Notes under the pieces: model-generated
What the model was told of the DNA's origin: nothing
The model's input: only the letters and a program-made list of their open reading frames with translations
Database searches by the model: none
In this document: piece by piece, positions 11,395 through 23,913 of the stretch
How the letters are laid out: every line of letters starts with the position of its first letter
Position numbering within the stretch: position 1 is the stretch's first letter
Translations under genes and position numbers: made by a program
Source of the DNA: Curvularia clavata
Taxonomy: Eukaryota
Length of the DNA stretch: 64,000 nucleotides
Assembly (NCBI GenBank): GCA_023920165.1
Contig: CP089275.1
Location: forward strand, 4,340,001 to 4,404,000
Reading direction: 5' to 3'

Positions 11395-12878
11395 ATGAGT
11401 GAGCTGCTCGAATTCATACTGCAGCATGAAGAAGCCTTCAAGAAGTAAGTCTGGCGCTGACTAGCTCTCGTCCTACATTGCCTGATGGTTCCAGCCAGTA
11501 TCGCCTCGCATCACTCTATGCCGACTTCCGACAGCAACTTGAGATCAATCCCGAAGGCTACCATGCGAATATTGCAGCATGGACGAAGGCCCTCACCGAC
11601 GCTGCGCGTGCGGGTGTCATTCCTACACAGGGCACGACCCATGACCTCCTGAATATTCGAGCCGCCGAAGAGCTTGCGCGAGCACTGCAACATCCACAAC
11701 ATGGCAAGCCGACATGCTTGCCTGCCGTGTTTCACGAAGCGGTGCAGAAGAAGGAAATGATTCCCCTGAAGGAGTTTCTCAGTGCGAAGGAGAGCATATA
11801 CAAGACCTCGTGGGTCCCGTCCCCCTGGAAGGTGCTGCAATGGAGCCTGCGGCAGGTCGGTGTACTTGGGCAACCGCAAGCACCGGCCAAAATGGAGGTT
11901 GGCAACTTTGTCGTTCTTAAGAACGTAGAGGTCGCTGCAGACGAGATACTCAAGAAGATGAAGGAACACACATCGACGGCTGATCGCGTGCTATCCAAGG
12001 CTGACTTTTTGAGGCGCTTCTCAACTACGCTCAACCCCTCTGCACCACTCACAGGAAATGACCTGGATATCCTACTAGCGTTCCTCGCTCGCGACAAGCA
12101 GGCCATATCCTACAACGCGCAGACGATCAAGTTCAAGCCGGAACACGAGCCTGTGCCACTACCCGTCACAACAGAAGACGCCGCTATCGCGAACCTGCGG
12201 GACACGCTCACAAAGATCAATGCCCAGATCTCATCTTTGATGGAGAAGATTGCCGTTGCTGATATTGCAGCTCGCGAGGCTGTAGCTGCGAAGCAGATGG
12301 TTCGCGCCAAGGCAGCACTCCGCTCGAAGAAGCTTGCCGAGAATGCGCTTGCCCAGCGCTCAGATATAGCTCTCCAACTTGAGCAAGTATACACTGACCT
12401 GCAGCAGGCATCGGACCAAGTCGAGATAGTAGAAGCCATGCGCGCTGGTGCTGCCGCGCTCAAGACCTTGAATGAAAAGGTTGGCGGCGCAGAGGGTGTC
12501 CAGGGTGTGGTCGATGCCGTCAATGAGCAGATGGCAACCACGGAGGAAATCACCAACATCATCAACGAAGCTAACCAGCCACTCGACGAGGGCGAGATTG
12601 ATGATGAGTTTGAGGCCCTCGAAAGAGCTGATCGCGAGAAGCGCGAGAGGGAGGAAGCGGCCAGGACTGCTGCAAGACTTGCTGAGCTTGGAGAAGCTGA
12701 GAGCAGGCGCATGTCAAAGGAGGCCTCGGAGCAGAAAGCAGAGATGGAGCGAGGCGAGGCGGATGAGCAAGTCATTGAAGCTTCTCAAAGTATGGCACAA
12801 ATGTCTTTCAATCCCGCAACCGACGACTATGAGACGGAGGATGAGTCTCAGGAGCGTCGTATTCGCATGCCCGCATAG
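11395..12878 (+). CDS. Snf7-family ESCRT-II/III hybrid (CHMP7/Cmp7/Chm7-like)
   Basis: MSELLEFILQHEEAF|intron ~11445-11494|RLASLYADF..NPEGYHANIAAW; long N-terminal domain followed by a Snf7 coiled coil (AKAALRSKKLAE, IDDEFEALE). Confidence 0.85.
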
Positions 12879-13121
12879 ACTATTAGGTTCAACAGGGCGT
12901 TCTCTTGGGCACAGCGTGGGCGTTGGTGGGTCATGGCTTTGCATATTCCGCATATACACTGAAGCATATCTCCTGCGGTAGCATAACAAAGTGACTACTG
13001 CCCTGCACCTTCTGGATTAGACTTGTTGACGTCACGTCTGCCTGCTGCTCTTTCCCATGGACCGTAGGCTTACGTAAGGGCTCCGCTTAGTCAGGCTTGA
13101 TTTTGGCTAGATCATTGAGGA

Positions 13122-13127
13122 TATAAA
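13122..13127 (+). promoter_or_regulatory. TATA element about 28 nt upstream of the 5S rRNA gene
   Basis: TATAAA at -28 from the 5S start; dispersed 5S genes of filamentous ascomycetes such as Neurospora have a TATA at about this spacing. Confidence 0.7.
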
Positions 13128-13149
13128 TATCTAAATTACACTGAATGGT

Positions 13150-13268
13150 ACATACGACCATAGGCTCGAGGAAGCAGGATTCCCCGTTCGATCAATCATA
13201 CTTAAGCTCGAGACCGGTGGACTAGTAGTCAGGTGGGTGACCACTGGCGAATCCCCACTGTCGTATGT
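13150..13268 (+). rRNA. Dispersed 5S rRNA gene (divergent isotype)
   Basis: 119 nt ACATACGACCATAGG...TAGTAGTCAGGTGGGTGACCACTGGCGAATCCCCACTGTCGTATGT; helix I ACATACGAC/GTCGTATGT; followed by Pol III T-runs. Confidence 0.95.
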
Positions 13269-13283
13269 TTTTGCACTTTTTTT
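13268..13283 (+). terminator. RNA polymerase III terminator (T-runs) of the 5S gene
   Basis: TTTTT directly at the 5S 3' end, followed by a second longer T-run. Confidence 0.75.
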
Positions 13284-13544
13284 GCGCGCGGTCACTAGTG
13301 ATGAAAATGGCTAGCTCCGGGTCGTGGGTGTTCGCGCTTGCTCTTTGCGCGTACAGTGCAATGACCGCTGCCTCGTCAATTCGACCCTCTTCAATCCAGC
13401 CACCGACGCTACCACGACACACCTAGGCAATCACTGGTTTGTATACAAACAGTGCTTTTGTGCCCAAAATTTGGTGAAAACAGCTACCGTTGCTCACTCT
13501 CAACACCAAAGTATCTTTTCAAGTTTGCGTAGCCCTAGTACACC

Positions 13545-15622
13545 ATGACTGATGAGGAAGATGTGGAGACTACCTTGATACCAAGTCTTTACAAGCCGCC
13601 TGCCCTGCTACCAATCGCCCAACTTAAGGACCAATTGCTCTATACTATCGAAACATATCCGGTAACCATTGTTGTTGGTGAAACAGGCAGCGGTATGCCA
13701 ACAATGAAATTTGCTTGATCTCTCTTACTAACGAGAACCCAGGTAAGACAACACAAATACCAAAGTTCTTGCTCGAAGCAGGATGGTGTAGCAGCGGTCA
13801 GCAGATTGCAATCACGCAGCCCCGGCGCATAGCCTGCACGAGTGTCGCAGCTAGAGTAGCGGAAGAGCTGGGGACGCCTCTGGGCCAGAAAGTCGGATAC
13901 AGTATCCGGTTCGAAGATGTGACTTCGGCAGCTACCCAGGTCAAATTTGTCACAGATGGTCTGTTGCTACGTGAGATGCTCGTCGACCCCCTGCTTTCGC
14001 GCTACTCCGTCGTCATGGTAGACGAGGCACACGAGCGTAGCTTATCATCAGACATCCTGCTCAGCTTGCTCAAGAAGGTCTTGAGAAAAAGAGAGGACCT
14101 AAGAGTAGTTGTGAGTAGCGCCACACTAGAAGCTGAGCGGTTCCTTGACTTCTTCAATCCGGATGAAGAAGAGCAGATCCATGGCAAGAGCAAGGAAGAC
14201 TTCGGCTATATCATTGGCATTGAAGGACGCACGTACCCGGTCGAAGTCCAGTATCTTCAGGCGCCAACGGACAACTATGTCGAAGCAGCCGTGGATACAG
14301 TCATGAATATCCACAAGCATGAAGGCGAAGGTGACATCCTCGTATTCCTGACAGGACGAGAGGAGATAGATGATGCGATCGACAAACTCGGAGACCACAT
14401 TGCTCAGATGTCCTCGTCTCAACAAAGACTTATGCCTCTACCACTCTACGCCGGTCTTCCTACGGAAGATCAAAACATCATATTCACCAAGGCGCCGCAG
14501 AACACACGCCGAGTAATTTTTAGTACCAACATCGCAGAGGCTTCTCTGACCATTGAAGGTATCGTCTTCGTGGTAGACACCGGCTACGTCAAGCTCCGTG
14601 CCTATGATGCCAACCTAGGGATTGAGAACCTCGCTGTCGTTCCTGTATCAAAGGCTAGTGCAACGCAGAGAGCTGGGCGTGCGGGACGAACCCGACCTGG
14701 CAAATGTTTCAGGCTGTATACAGAAGGCGTTTACGAAGGGCTGGAAGAAGCTACCTTCCCTGAGTTGGCCCGCTCAAACCTCGCACCCGTTATCCTTCAA
14801 CTTCTGAATCTCGGCATTACAAACGTGGTTCGCTTCGATTACCTCTCTCCACCACCATCTGTACTCCTAACACGTGCTTTGGATGTTCTCTATTCCCTAG
14901 GCGCCCTGGATGTCCACGCACGCTTGACAAAGCCCCTTGGGACGCGGATGGCCGAACTTCCTCTCGAGCCGATGCTCGCCCGCGCCCTTCTAAAGGCTGC
15001 AGAACCGGAGTTTGGATGCCTGAGTGAGATGCTCACCATAGCGGCTATGATGACACTCCAAGGAAACACATTCATATCTCATGACGGAGGAAAGAAACAG
15101 CTTGACGCAGCCAGACGACGCTTCGCAGTCGAAGAGGGCGACCACCTGACCCTGTACAACGTGTATGAAGCCTTCTTGAAAGCAGGTGTGAGTAACACGT
15201 CGTGGTGCCACTCTAACAATCTGAACCACAAGGCGCTTGTAAAAGCAGTGAGTGTACGGAAACAACTGGCAGCGTATCTCGAACGTTTCGGGGTCAAGGA
15301 AAACGTACTCTCATCTTCTGGTGTGTTGAGGGTGGGTGGGACGCCAATAGCTGAGCGTGTGAGACGCTGTCTCACCTCTGGTTTCTTCGCGCACGCAGCA
15401 AGAATGAAAGTAGACGGTAGCTTTACTACGGTCGATGGGAAGACAACACTCTGGGCACATCCTTCATCCGTCTTCTTTACAAGAAAGGCAGACTGGGTGA
15501 TCTATACCGAGATACAGTCTACGCGGGACAAGATCTACATTCGGGATTTGAGCAAAGTAGATATGGATTGGCTGACCGAGTATGCCCCCGAGTATTACAA
15601 GGTCAAGAATGGAGGGAGATAG
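13545..15622 (+). CDS. DEAH-box RNA helicase, DHX35-like
   Basis: GETGSG|KTTQIP split by intron ~13693-13742; TQPRR, DEAH, SAT, STNIAEASLTIEGI, QRAGRAGR; short N-terminus with LYKPPALLPIA as in fungal DHX35. Confidence 0.88.
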
Positions 15623-15778
15623 ACAAGGTAATAAGAGGAATGAAGTCAAAGAAATGTGTCTATATAAAGATTCAAGGGGTATTACCAAACAACACCAAAG
15701 ACTAAGATGTAAGCCTACAAGTCTAAACGCCGCCTATAACCCAAAGTCGTAACCTTCATGTTCCACAATGGCAAAGCT

Positions 15779-16613
15779 CTATTTGCAAGCTTCCACAAAT
15801 AGTTCTCGCATGCCTTTGAGAAAGCCTGCTAGGTCTCGTGTCTCATTCAGTCTCTCCACCACTGTTTCAATTTCCTCGCGCTCTACTTTTGGCCTCGCTT
15901 CTAGCACCTTGTAGTCACGCTCGCTAGTGTCCAGCTCGAACCACGCCTCACGATCCCACTCCCTCTCGTCAACATTAGTGTACACAAACTTGAGTCTATC
16001 GTCTTTGCCAAGCCCCTCAATCCTCAAGCCCAGATAACTCTCCCAGAAGTCGAGTTCAGGCTCGTTGTAGCGGCTCTGGCCATCGAGATATCGACGGTGC
16101 TTGAGTTGAGCCTCACGGCGCGCAGAAATGGTCTTCTGTAGTTCGGCAATTTGAGCACGGAGGTTGTCGCGGTGTGCAAGACGCTCGTCGCGCTGCAGGG
16201 TTAGGGCAGAAATGGCTTCTTGCATTTCAGAAGTTTCCTGCGACTCCTTGGCGAGGGTTTGACTGTGCTGGGCAGTTTTGAGTTCGAGGATTTCAATATC
16301 GCGCTTCTTCATGCGTTGGTCCTCTGCAAGGTCGTCAGCGCTTGTATAACGGAGAGAGTCTCCCCTTAAGATGTGGGAGCAGAGTGTGCTTACCGTGCAG
16401 TTCTGCAACATTCATGCGGAACTGGTTGCGCTCTTCTAGCACTCGCCGGCGGCCATTCTCAATGAATGCATCAAAGCGCGTTGTGAACTGGTTCATGCGG
16501 CTGCGCAGGTCGTCGAAGCCAAAGTTGATAGAGGGCAGTTGATCGGCCATTGACGGCGCATCGTGCGAGGATGCGCGCATCGTGGTGCTGAGGGAGGGTT
16601 CGAAAGTCGTCAT
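15779..16613 (-). CDS. SPC25: Kinetochore Ndc80 complex subunit Spc25
   Basis: LPSINFGFDDLRSRMNQFT coiled coil; PELDFWESYLGLRIEG..LKFVY RWD domain; FLKGMRELF; intron 16324-16393. Confidence 0.9.
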
Positions 16614-16961
16614 ATTGGGATTTGTATTACGGATGGTTGCTGGACTTCGTCAAGGATTCTCGTCGTCTGCCAGTGTATGCTGTGGTGCAATGCGACGCCA
16701 GTGAGCGGCGATGTTTAGATGGTTGCTGGGTAAACAACCTGTCCGCGCTAAAGCGCAAGGGACGCCACGCCTGCGGGGCATGCACGTGCCTACGTGCCTT
16801 ATAGCGCTAGTGGAACTTTTTGTCCCGCCTCGGCTTCTTCTCACCATCGCGTTCACCAGTTTGTCGTGTTTCGATCCAGACTTCGCCCATAGCCCGCCGT
16901 GTCCGAAGTATGATTTTATACTGCCGAGCCGCGACTCAACGAGACCATTTACAACGGCCAA

Positions 16962-19955
16962 ATGGCTGACAGATCGCTCACAGATCTGAATTACGGCTAC
17001 CCCGGTGCTGCAATTTATGATCTAGGGAGCAACGAATGGGCATTTGCAAGACAGTTTTCAAGCAGAAGTTTCGAACAAATTCGGGCACCGGATAGCTCCC
17101 ACCTCGCAGAAACGCTCGCGACAGTACCAGCCCAATTTGCTGATCCGCAAACCTCTGCGAACAGCGCAATCTTGGAGAAAGAAGTAAGAAGTCACATACA
17201 AGACAACCCTCAGCTTGCTCCAGCAGCTGCACTACTCCCAGAGCTGAATATAATTTCTTCTGCCATCTCTGCGACGACCTCTGCCTACGACCCACTTGTC
17301 GGTGGTTTACTATCCTTCGGCTCCATCACGCTCAAAGACAGACATGAAAATCCACGTAAGGTCGCCGCGCTACCTACGGGAGAAGCTGGAAATATACTGC
17401 AATTGGCAGTGTTGAACACGGAAAAGCTGGGCTGGGGTATGGTCAGAAAGACATGGGTAGAGGGATGGACTCTGAGGGAAGCCGAGTGTGGTCACTGGAA
17501 CGAGGAGGCTGCATCTATACAGCAAATCTGCTTCTCGCAATCGGAAGACAGAAGTTCTTTACTTGCTGTGCGGCTTCCTACTCGCACAGTCTTATTCCAC
17601 CCTATCTCTTACCGTCGGGCTCACACAACTGGATCTTCGCCCTTTTATGACCTCCCCGCATCGACCATCGACGCACACCCCGTTTTCAGCATCGACAAGG
17701 AAATCACCGGTGGATTTCCCCATTCTCATGTGGCATTCAACCCAAGATTCCAGCGACAATTCGCCCTTGTTGACCAGAGCCCGATGTGGAGTATTTGGAA
17801 TATTGATTTTTCGCGCGAGGATGAAACCTACACTCCTTCATGTCTAGTTCGAGGGCGAATTAGCAACTCAGAAACCGAGGAGATGGCAGGTGAAGACGGA
17901 TGGGCCAGAATACTTTGGGTGGCCGACGTCAACACGTTGTTGGTCTGCAATCGGCGCTACTTGAGCATCGTCAGTATTAGCGGAGGGAAATCTAATTACC
18001 TACCCTGCCCGAAACTCCTCAGCGAGCGATCCACAGAGTGGTTCCTAGATGTCAAGCAGCATCCAAACCACGTCGATCAGGTCTTTGTTCTGACCTCTAC
18101 TCGCTTGGTTTTGATACTAGTCAACAGTCCGGACAAGGGCAGTGCTTCGTTCGATGGTACAGGAGCGACGACGCTAGCATCATGGAGGCACTATCGGGAC
18201 GCAGAAGATTTTACTCTTCAGATTGATTTGCAAATGCTGTCAGGTGATGGTAAGTTGGGCATAAACCTGTTGATGATTGGCATGCTAACGAAAATAGAGT
18301 TGTGCCTGATGCTCTATTCGCAGGTGAACAATCTCATCCAGCTGTATACCTTTAGTGAACATCCTACGGGCATTTCTTCTATGGTGGCATGTTCTGATCC
18401 TGGCATACTGGACCTCACCATTGATGGGCCAGGCCGAATTACCAACTTACACATGGAGCCTATGCAACAGGGAGGTATCAGGATGAACATCAACTTCTTT
18501 CGGTTGTTTGCTACACTCTCCGGTTCTGGTGTTCACGAGCTCGTCATCTATACTGGGAAATCCTTGATTCAAGAACCGCTCGCTCACCGGCAAATCATTG
18601 AAGACTTCACCCGAAGCACGATAAAACGGCCTAGAATGGGCATTCCCAAGTCGGAATCGATCGGCCGGCATGGCGAATCTATGAACCTAGGTCGTTTGAA
18701 TCCTCTCAAGCTGCCAAAATCAACGGCTCCATTAAAAGACTTAGAGCAAGAGGGGAGTTTGGAGGATGCCCCTGTGCACAGAACGGAGAACTACAGAATT
18801 CTGTACGAGGCCCTTCAGTACCCTGTAAAACCTGAGAGCGATGCATCGGGCTTCATGGACATAGAAGCAGTTACGGATGAAGTGAAGGAAATGCTTGACG
18901 AAGACCCTGGTTCTGCACCGCTGCCGATCGGTACATTGATGGAATACGCAAACGCGAAGCTCTACGTTCTGGACGTTGATACGGCATCATCCAACCTCCA
19001 AGATCTATTATCCGAGAGCGAAGAAAACGACCTCTATATCGAACGCGTCGCCTCGGTACGGACGCTCGACTTGACTGTGGAAGGCAATCCTACTATTTCT
19101 GACGTTTACGACGCCCTGTTGCAAACGTGGGTAGCGCCACTGCCTTCGGATGTGTCGAGTCGAGTGCGACAATCTAAGGAGCGTCTCGCTCGACGTATCG
19201 CTGCTGAAGTCCTACTCTCTAGCATGCGTTTACGAGAGCATGATTTGGATGAAGCGATCACTGGCTCACAATCGGGAATAATCCAGGATAGGAGCATCGC
19301 ATTACCTATCTTGCCATCACGGCCTAAGAGCGGTGATTTTGATTTTGCATTCCAATATGGCATATCCCAGCTGCCAACGCCCCCACACTCTTCTGTCCCG
19401 CCTTCATCTCAGCCTCCGTCATCACTACCAGGCTCATCGCCGCCTGTTCTGCCTATCACACAAAGCGCCCTGCCAGACCCTTTGGCGCGACTGGGGAAGT
19501 ATCTGCGCACCACGAAGCCTTCCAGGGACCCAGTGGATATTCGTGCCAACGCATCCCAGGTCCTCAAACACTGGGAAGTTGGTGCCCATCCAAGCGAATA
19601 CAATTGGGCTGCTACAGAGCGTGCCCTTCAGCCTGAGGTCATGGACGAAGAGAGTCAAAAGCAACGTGAGAAGGAGCGCAAGAGGAAAGAGCGCAGGGAA
19701 AAACGTCAGCAACGTGAAGATGAGCTGGCGAGGGCCAAGGCTGCAAGCCAAGCTGCAATCTTCTCTAGAAGCTCTCCTGGGCCTATGTTGGGGGACATGG
19801 GAAGCAGCAGTCAGATACCGAGTCAGAGCCAAAGCCGGAGTCAAGTGCCAATTCTCAACGGAGGATTTGTACCTCAGAGCCAGGTGGAGCCGGGAAAGTT
19901 TGGAGGAAGGTTGGAAAAGAAAAAAAAGAAGAAGGGAAGGATCAGTGGCTTCTGA
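16962..19955 (+). CDS. RRN6: RNA polymerase I core factor subunit Rrn6 (TAF1C-like)
   Basis: N-terminal LNYGYPG.A.Y..W.F.R; beta-propeller-like region (IQQICF, HVAFNP..RQFALVD, DGWARILWV); C-terminal HWEVGAHPSEYNW and SQVEPGKFGGR..KKKK..GF. Probable intron 18250-18297. Confidence 0.8.
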   Translation: MADRSLTDLNYGYPGAAIYDLGSNEWAFARQFSSRSFEQIRAPDSSHLAETLATVPAQFADPQTSANSAILEKEVRSHIQDNPQLAPAAALLPELNIISSAISATTSAYDPLVGGLLSFGSITLKDRHENPRKVAALPTGEAGNILQLAVLNTEKLGWGMVRKTWVEGWTLREAECGHWNEEAASIQQICFSQSEDRSSLLAVRLPTRTVLFHPISYRRAHTTGSSPFYDLPASTIDAHPVFSIDKEITGGFPHSHVAFNPRFQRQFALVDQSPMWSIWNIDFSREDETYTPSCLVRGRISNSETEEMAGEDGWARILWVADVNTLLVCNRRYLSIVSISGGKSNYLPCPKLLSERSTEWFLDVKQHPNHVDQVFVLTSTRLVLILVNSPDKGSASFDGTGATTLASWRHYRDAEDFTLQIDLQMLSGDGKLGINLLMIGMLTKIELCLMLYSQVNNLIQLYTFSEHPTGISSMVACSDPGILDLTIDGPGRITNLHMEPMQQGGIRMNINFFRLFATLSGSGVHELVIYTGKSLIQEPLAHRQIIEDFTRSTIKRPRMGIPKSESIGRHGESMNLGRLNPLKLPKSTAPLKDLEQEGSLEDAPVHRTENYRILYEALQYPVKPESDASGFMDIEAVTDEVKEMLDEDPGSAPLPIGTLMEYANAKLYVLDVDTASSNLQDLLSESEENDLYIERVASVRTLDLTVEGNPTISDVYDALLQTWVAPLPSDVSSRVRQSKERLARRIAAEVLLSSMRLREHDLDEAITGSQSGIIQDRSIALPILPSRPKSGDFDFAFQYGISQLPTPPHSSVPPSSQPPSSLPGSSPPVLPITQSALPDPLARLGKYLRTTKPSRDPVDIRANASQVLKHWEVGAHPSEYNWAATERALQPEVMDEESQKQREKERKRKERREKRQQREDELARAKAASQAAIFSRSSPGPMLGDMGSSSQIPSQSQSRSQVPILNGGFVPQSQVEPGKFGGRLEKKKKKKGRISGF

Positions 19956-20458
19956 GTCGGATGGTGTTCATTTACAATACTGTGCTTATGTTCAGTGGAT
20001 AAAACAAAGCCGTGGTAATGGATCAGACCAGAGACATGGATTCAGCCAAACCCCAGCATGTTCAAGACAGCTTTTTGTGAACTCTAAGGAATGAGCTGTA
20101 CATTATATAGTTCAAGTATATATTTAACCTTGATTACAATTGGAAAGATATCCGCCCCCGATAGCGGCTCAATCCCTAATGCTTCATTTCCTTTTCAATA
20201 GAATAACTACACTACTGGGCCTTGTGTTTGATGACGTCATTACACGGAAGGAAGGAAGTGTGCTCTCCTCTATTTGTGCAACCGAGGGAGTGGGGTGGGA
20301 GGGGTAAGTTCTGGATTTACGAATTGGGCGTATGCTTACGTTGCATGGTACGATTCCATTCTCCTCTCGACCCCAAGTGCCCTCTCGTGATATTTGCTTT
20401 TTCTCATCTCGACAACTTTCCAGTTCGCATCCAAAACATTTGTTGACTTTCACCCAAG

Positions 20459-21029
20459 ATGTCTGGCTTCCCATCGCTCCAACCCGCGTTTACGGTCCGC
20501 GTGAACATCGATGCGCCGATGCAGGTCGGCGGTCAGGCAGGCCCTCAATTAGCCATTGTGCCTATGACCAGTGGCACAGTGAAGAGCGAAGAGGGCTTTG
20601 AACCTAAACTCGACGGAGAGCTCCATGGCGTGGGATACGACTACATCCACAATGATGCCGATGGTGCACACATGAGGCTCGATGTTAGAAGCCAGGTCAA
20701 GTATGTCTTCGTAAACCATTGCCAAAGGTTGAATTGGGTAGCTAATCAAGGATGCAATTAGGAATCACGACGGCACGGTTTTGGCCATGTACTACAAGGG
20801 CAATGTCAAGCTTACCCCAGGTGTCGCTGCCATATTGACTAACTCTGCGGATGCAAAGACAACAGAGTATGGTGACTCTTTTGTCAATTTTACATTCGAG
20901 ACGGGTAACCCAAAGTATGCTGAGCTGCAGAATGGGACGTATGTTGCTGCTGGGCATTTCGTCAAGGAGGCCGGGAAGCCCGGGACTATTGTGGAGTACA
21001 AGGTTAGTAAGGTTGTGTACAAGGCGTAA
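20459..21029 (+). CDS. DUF3237/UPF0311 beta-barrel protein
   Basis: GYDYIHNDADGAHMRLDVR, FTFETGNPKYAELQNGTYVAAGHF; intron ~20702-20761. Confidence 0.85.
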
Positions 21030-21231
21030 AGCTCTGTAAATCAAGGGATAGTGGAAGCAGTCACTAGTAGGTTGTAACAATGTCTATTCGTTTTAGGAAG
21101 CCTAAGTTTACTTCACATGTCTCCGTTGTTTCCCTCTTCACTATCTTTCAAGAGATTGATGTTTCAGATTCTCTTCCCAATCATCCTAACCTATTCTGTT
21201 TTGGTCATCAATTGGCAGGTCTAGCAGTGAG

Positions 21232-21857
21232 AGTTACCTGAGAACTTTCGTATAACTTTTCCTGTCTGAGACCAAGCTCTGGTGCGTGTCGCAGGAGTGG
21301 TCGGGGTGAATGAACAGGCAGTGAGGTACTGATTTGATCGATCTTTACCTGTCAACTAACGTCCTCAACATATCCCTATACAGTTTGCTCGTGAAATCCA
21401 CCTTGGTTAAGCAGTAGTGGCTTACAGCAAAGAATAATCCAGCTAAGCTTACCTAATATCTAATCGTCAAATTCACTGCTCGTCTGGTCGCTTCCTCAAT
21501 ATGGACTTCTAGAAATTCATTCAGAAGCTGTGTATAGAAGAAGCCAGCAGCACCATCGTTCCCACAAGGTTCCAAAAGGCTAATATTCTCAAAGGAACGA
21601 TGGAGTAACAACCATAATACAGTGGCAGATGGAAGAACATTGAATCTTTGTAGTACAGGTACCAAAGTGATAGTACACGTCTCGGATACTTGCTCGTCGA
21701 AAATCTGTCATGCTCCTGCACAGTAGTATTGGTCGACAAGTGCATCTTTCCTCCCAGGCGGAATGTTAAGTTCTTCATTGGATACGAAAAGCCCCGGTTC
21801 TCGAAGAAATCTCAGATACTCCATAGAGAAACCCTCACGATACACAAAAAATCATAT
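21232..21857 (-). pseudogene. Degenerate spliced gene of unknown family
   Basis: About 130 codons in one frame (FVYREGFSMEYLRF...CAGA*QIFDE...NLTIRY*), bounded by a CTAAT..CAG acceptor and a GTAAGC donor; a further exon (VDFTSKLYRDMLRTLVDR*) also carries stops. Confidence 0.35.
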
Positions 21858-23913
21858 CTGTAACCTAATTAGTCGAGACAAGTATGATAGAACCAAGGCT
21901 TGGATCGTGAGAAAGCTCAACGGTAGAAACTATGATGATACCAAGAAAAGAATCGTTTGTCTGCATTAATACGATAATTGAGGCTTCGAATCATACAAAA
22001 ATATGAAAGTATAACACCATGTCCAAAGAGTTACATGACCGAAAGTTACTTCTGGTCTTATAATGACGTCAGACAGTCAAGAGGCAAACACAGTGGTGTT
22101 CACGACCGTTCCGAGACAACGAGTCCTTTAGTTATTCGAAAATGCATTCAGTCATGGTAATTTACGAATCACTGTAATCAAAATCTTGCTTGCTCTAACA
22201 AGCTCACCGTTATTGCATCATGCTGTTCGAAAGTGTCGACATATTTCTATTTTAAGAAACCACAACGCAGATCAACGCCTCCGTTTCTTTTCCTCTTCTC
22301 CTTTCCCACTATCTCAAGCCTGGATCTTCTGTTCCGCGCTTCAACCATCGTACTACCTCTTCCGTGCTAGCCTAACCTCTAGCACAGCGCTACACCAGCA
22401 CACCGTTCACCCTTTCCTTTTTGCATCGATTGCGTACACATGTATGCGTAGGTGTGACAGCCAGCCCCCCGTCGCACATGTAACCCCTCCAACGTCAGCC
22501 ACACAGGCAAAGATGCAAGATGGTACGATGGTGGTGGCCCAGATGCAAGCCCACTCCGACTCCACGATCTGAGCTAATCACAATCATACTATGTAGGAAA
22601 TCGTTACTTGAAGAAGAGCTAGGGTGTAGGTTGGAGCGTTTCAATGCTCGAGTCCAAACGTTGCATTTTGGAAAAGAAAGCAGAGGCGTCCTAGCTAGTA
22701 AGAACGAGGATATGTGCACACACCGTATCCGCATTACCTTCCCCGAACGGTTGTAATACATTTGTTCAATGGAAGTGGGCAGTGTCGTCAGATACCTACT
22801 ATCCGATACTGATACTATACGTGCTCCACGATACATAATTTACACGACACCAGGATCACCATGCCAATCCCACGTCTATTGGCCCCCCACACCCCACACC
22901 AACCCACGGAGGCCTCCGAGTCAAGTACCAAAATAACCCTCGTGGCCACTGCTCAGGAGCGGACCCCTCCTGCTCTCTTTCGTGTGAACGTGGGATGAAG
23001 GATGGCAGTAGCCGTTAGTCTACGCCAGCGGATGATCCAATACACCGTTTCTTTTTTTCCCACGTTAGTCTCGGGATGATTACAGCGGGCAAAAAGAGGC
23101 AACAAGCATACACTTGGAAAAACAAAAAATGCGGAAAAAAAGGAAAACGGTAAACAGTGTGCTTTCTCCACAAGCGTGCTTTACCAGACTGAGCAGTGAC
23201 TGCAGTAGTGAGTGGCGTTGGGGCCTGACGATCTAATCATAATGCAAGGTGCAGATGAGAATGCGATTGGGTAGTGTTGGTATGCTGGAAAAATCACATG
23301 TTGGTAGAGAACCGTAAGCAGGCGAGCATGAATGGCTGACGGGTTGAGAATATTTCTGTCCCCGGAGTGGTCGTGCAGCCAATGGGGGGTTACGTTGTGG
23401 TCATCTCCGTGGAGAAGCGCGTAGATGCGACTGCAGCAGACCCGATGAGGAGATGCATGTTGAGTTGACGACGTAATGTTGAATTGATACATGAGTGCGC
23501 CTTACTGAGAAGCGCAATGATTGCAACTGGGGTATTCTTATTGTACACTTTTTGGAGCTAGATTATTGTTGGTGAATTAAGGGTCCAGGGTATGTAGAAC
23601 ATGCTCATAGGCGTGAAAAGCGCCATGATTCGTACAGATGTAAAGACGAACTCCGTCATAATCTCATGCTGTGATGCGCATTGTGCAAATGCATAAACCA
23701 TAAAAGAAAAGAGCCATTGATAAAACCGTGCTGAAGAAAAACAGCACTCATAGCAAGGGGCGTGAGACTACGCAGTACCGAGTCGCAACTCACGATAGAC
23801 AGGGCCGAGTGTGTTGGAGGCGCAGTGCTTCTAGCGAGCGATCGTCGAAAAAGAGGAGCCCAACTTCCACATAGCCGATCGATGATGTCCAACCATCACC
23901 AGGGCCAATGGGA

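Noticed and set aside
22186..23900. Possible telomerase RNA or Cys-rich small gene in the gene-poor gap
   Set aside because: No full TAACCCTAA-type template; the ORFs lack credible start or splice structure and recognisable motifs.
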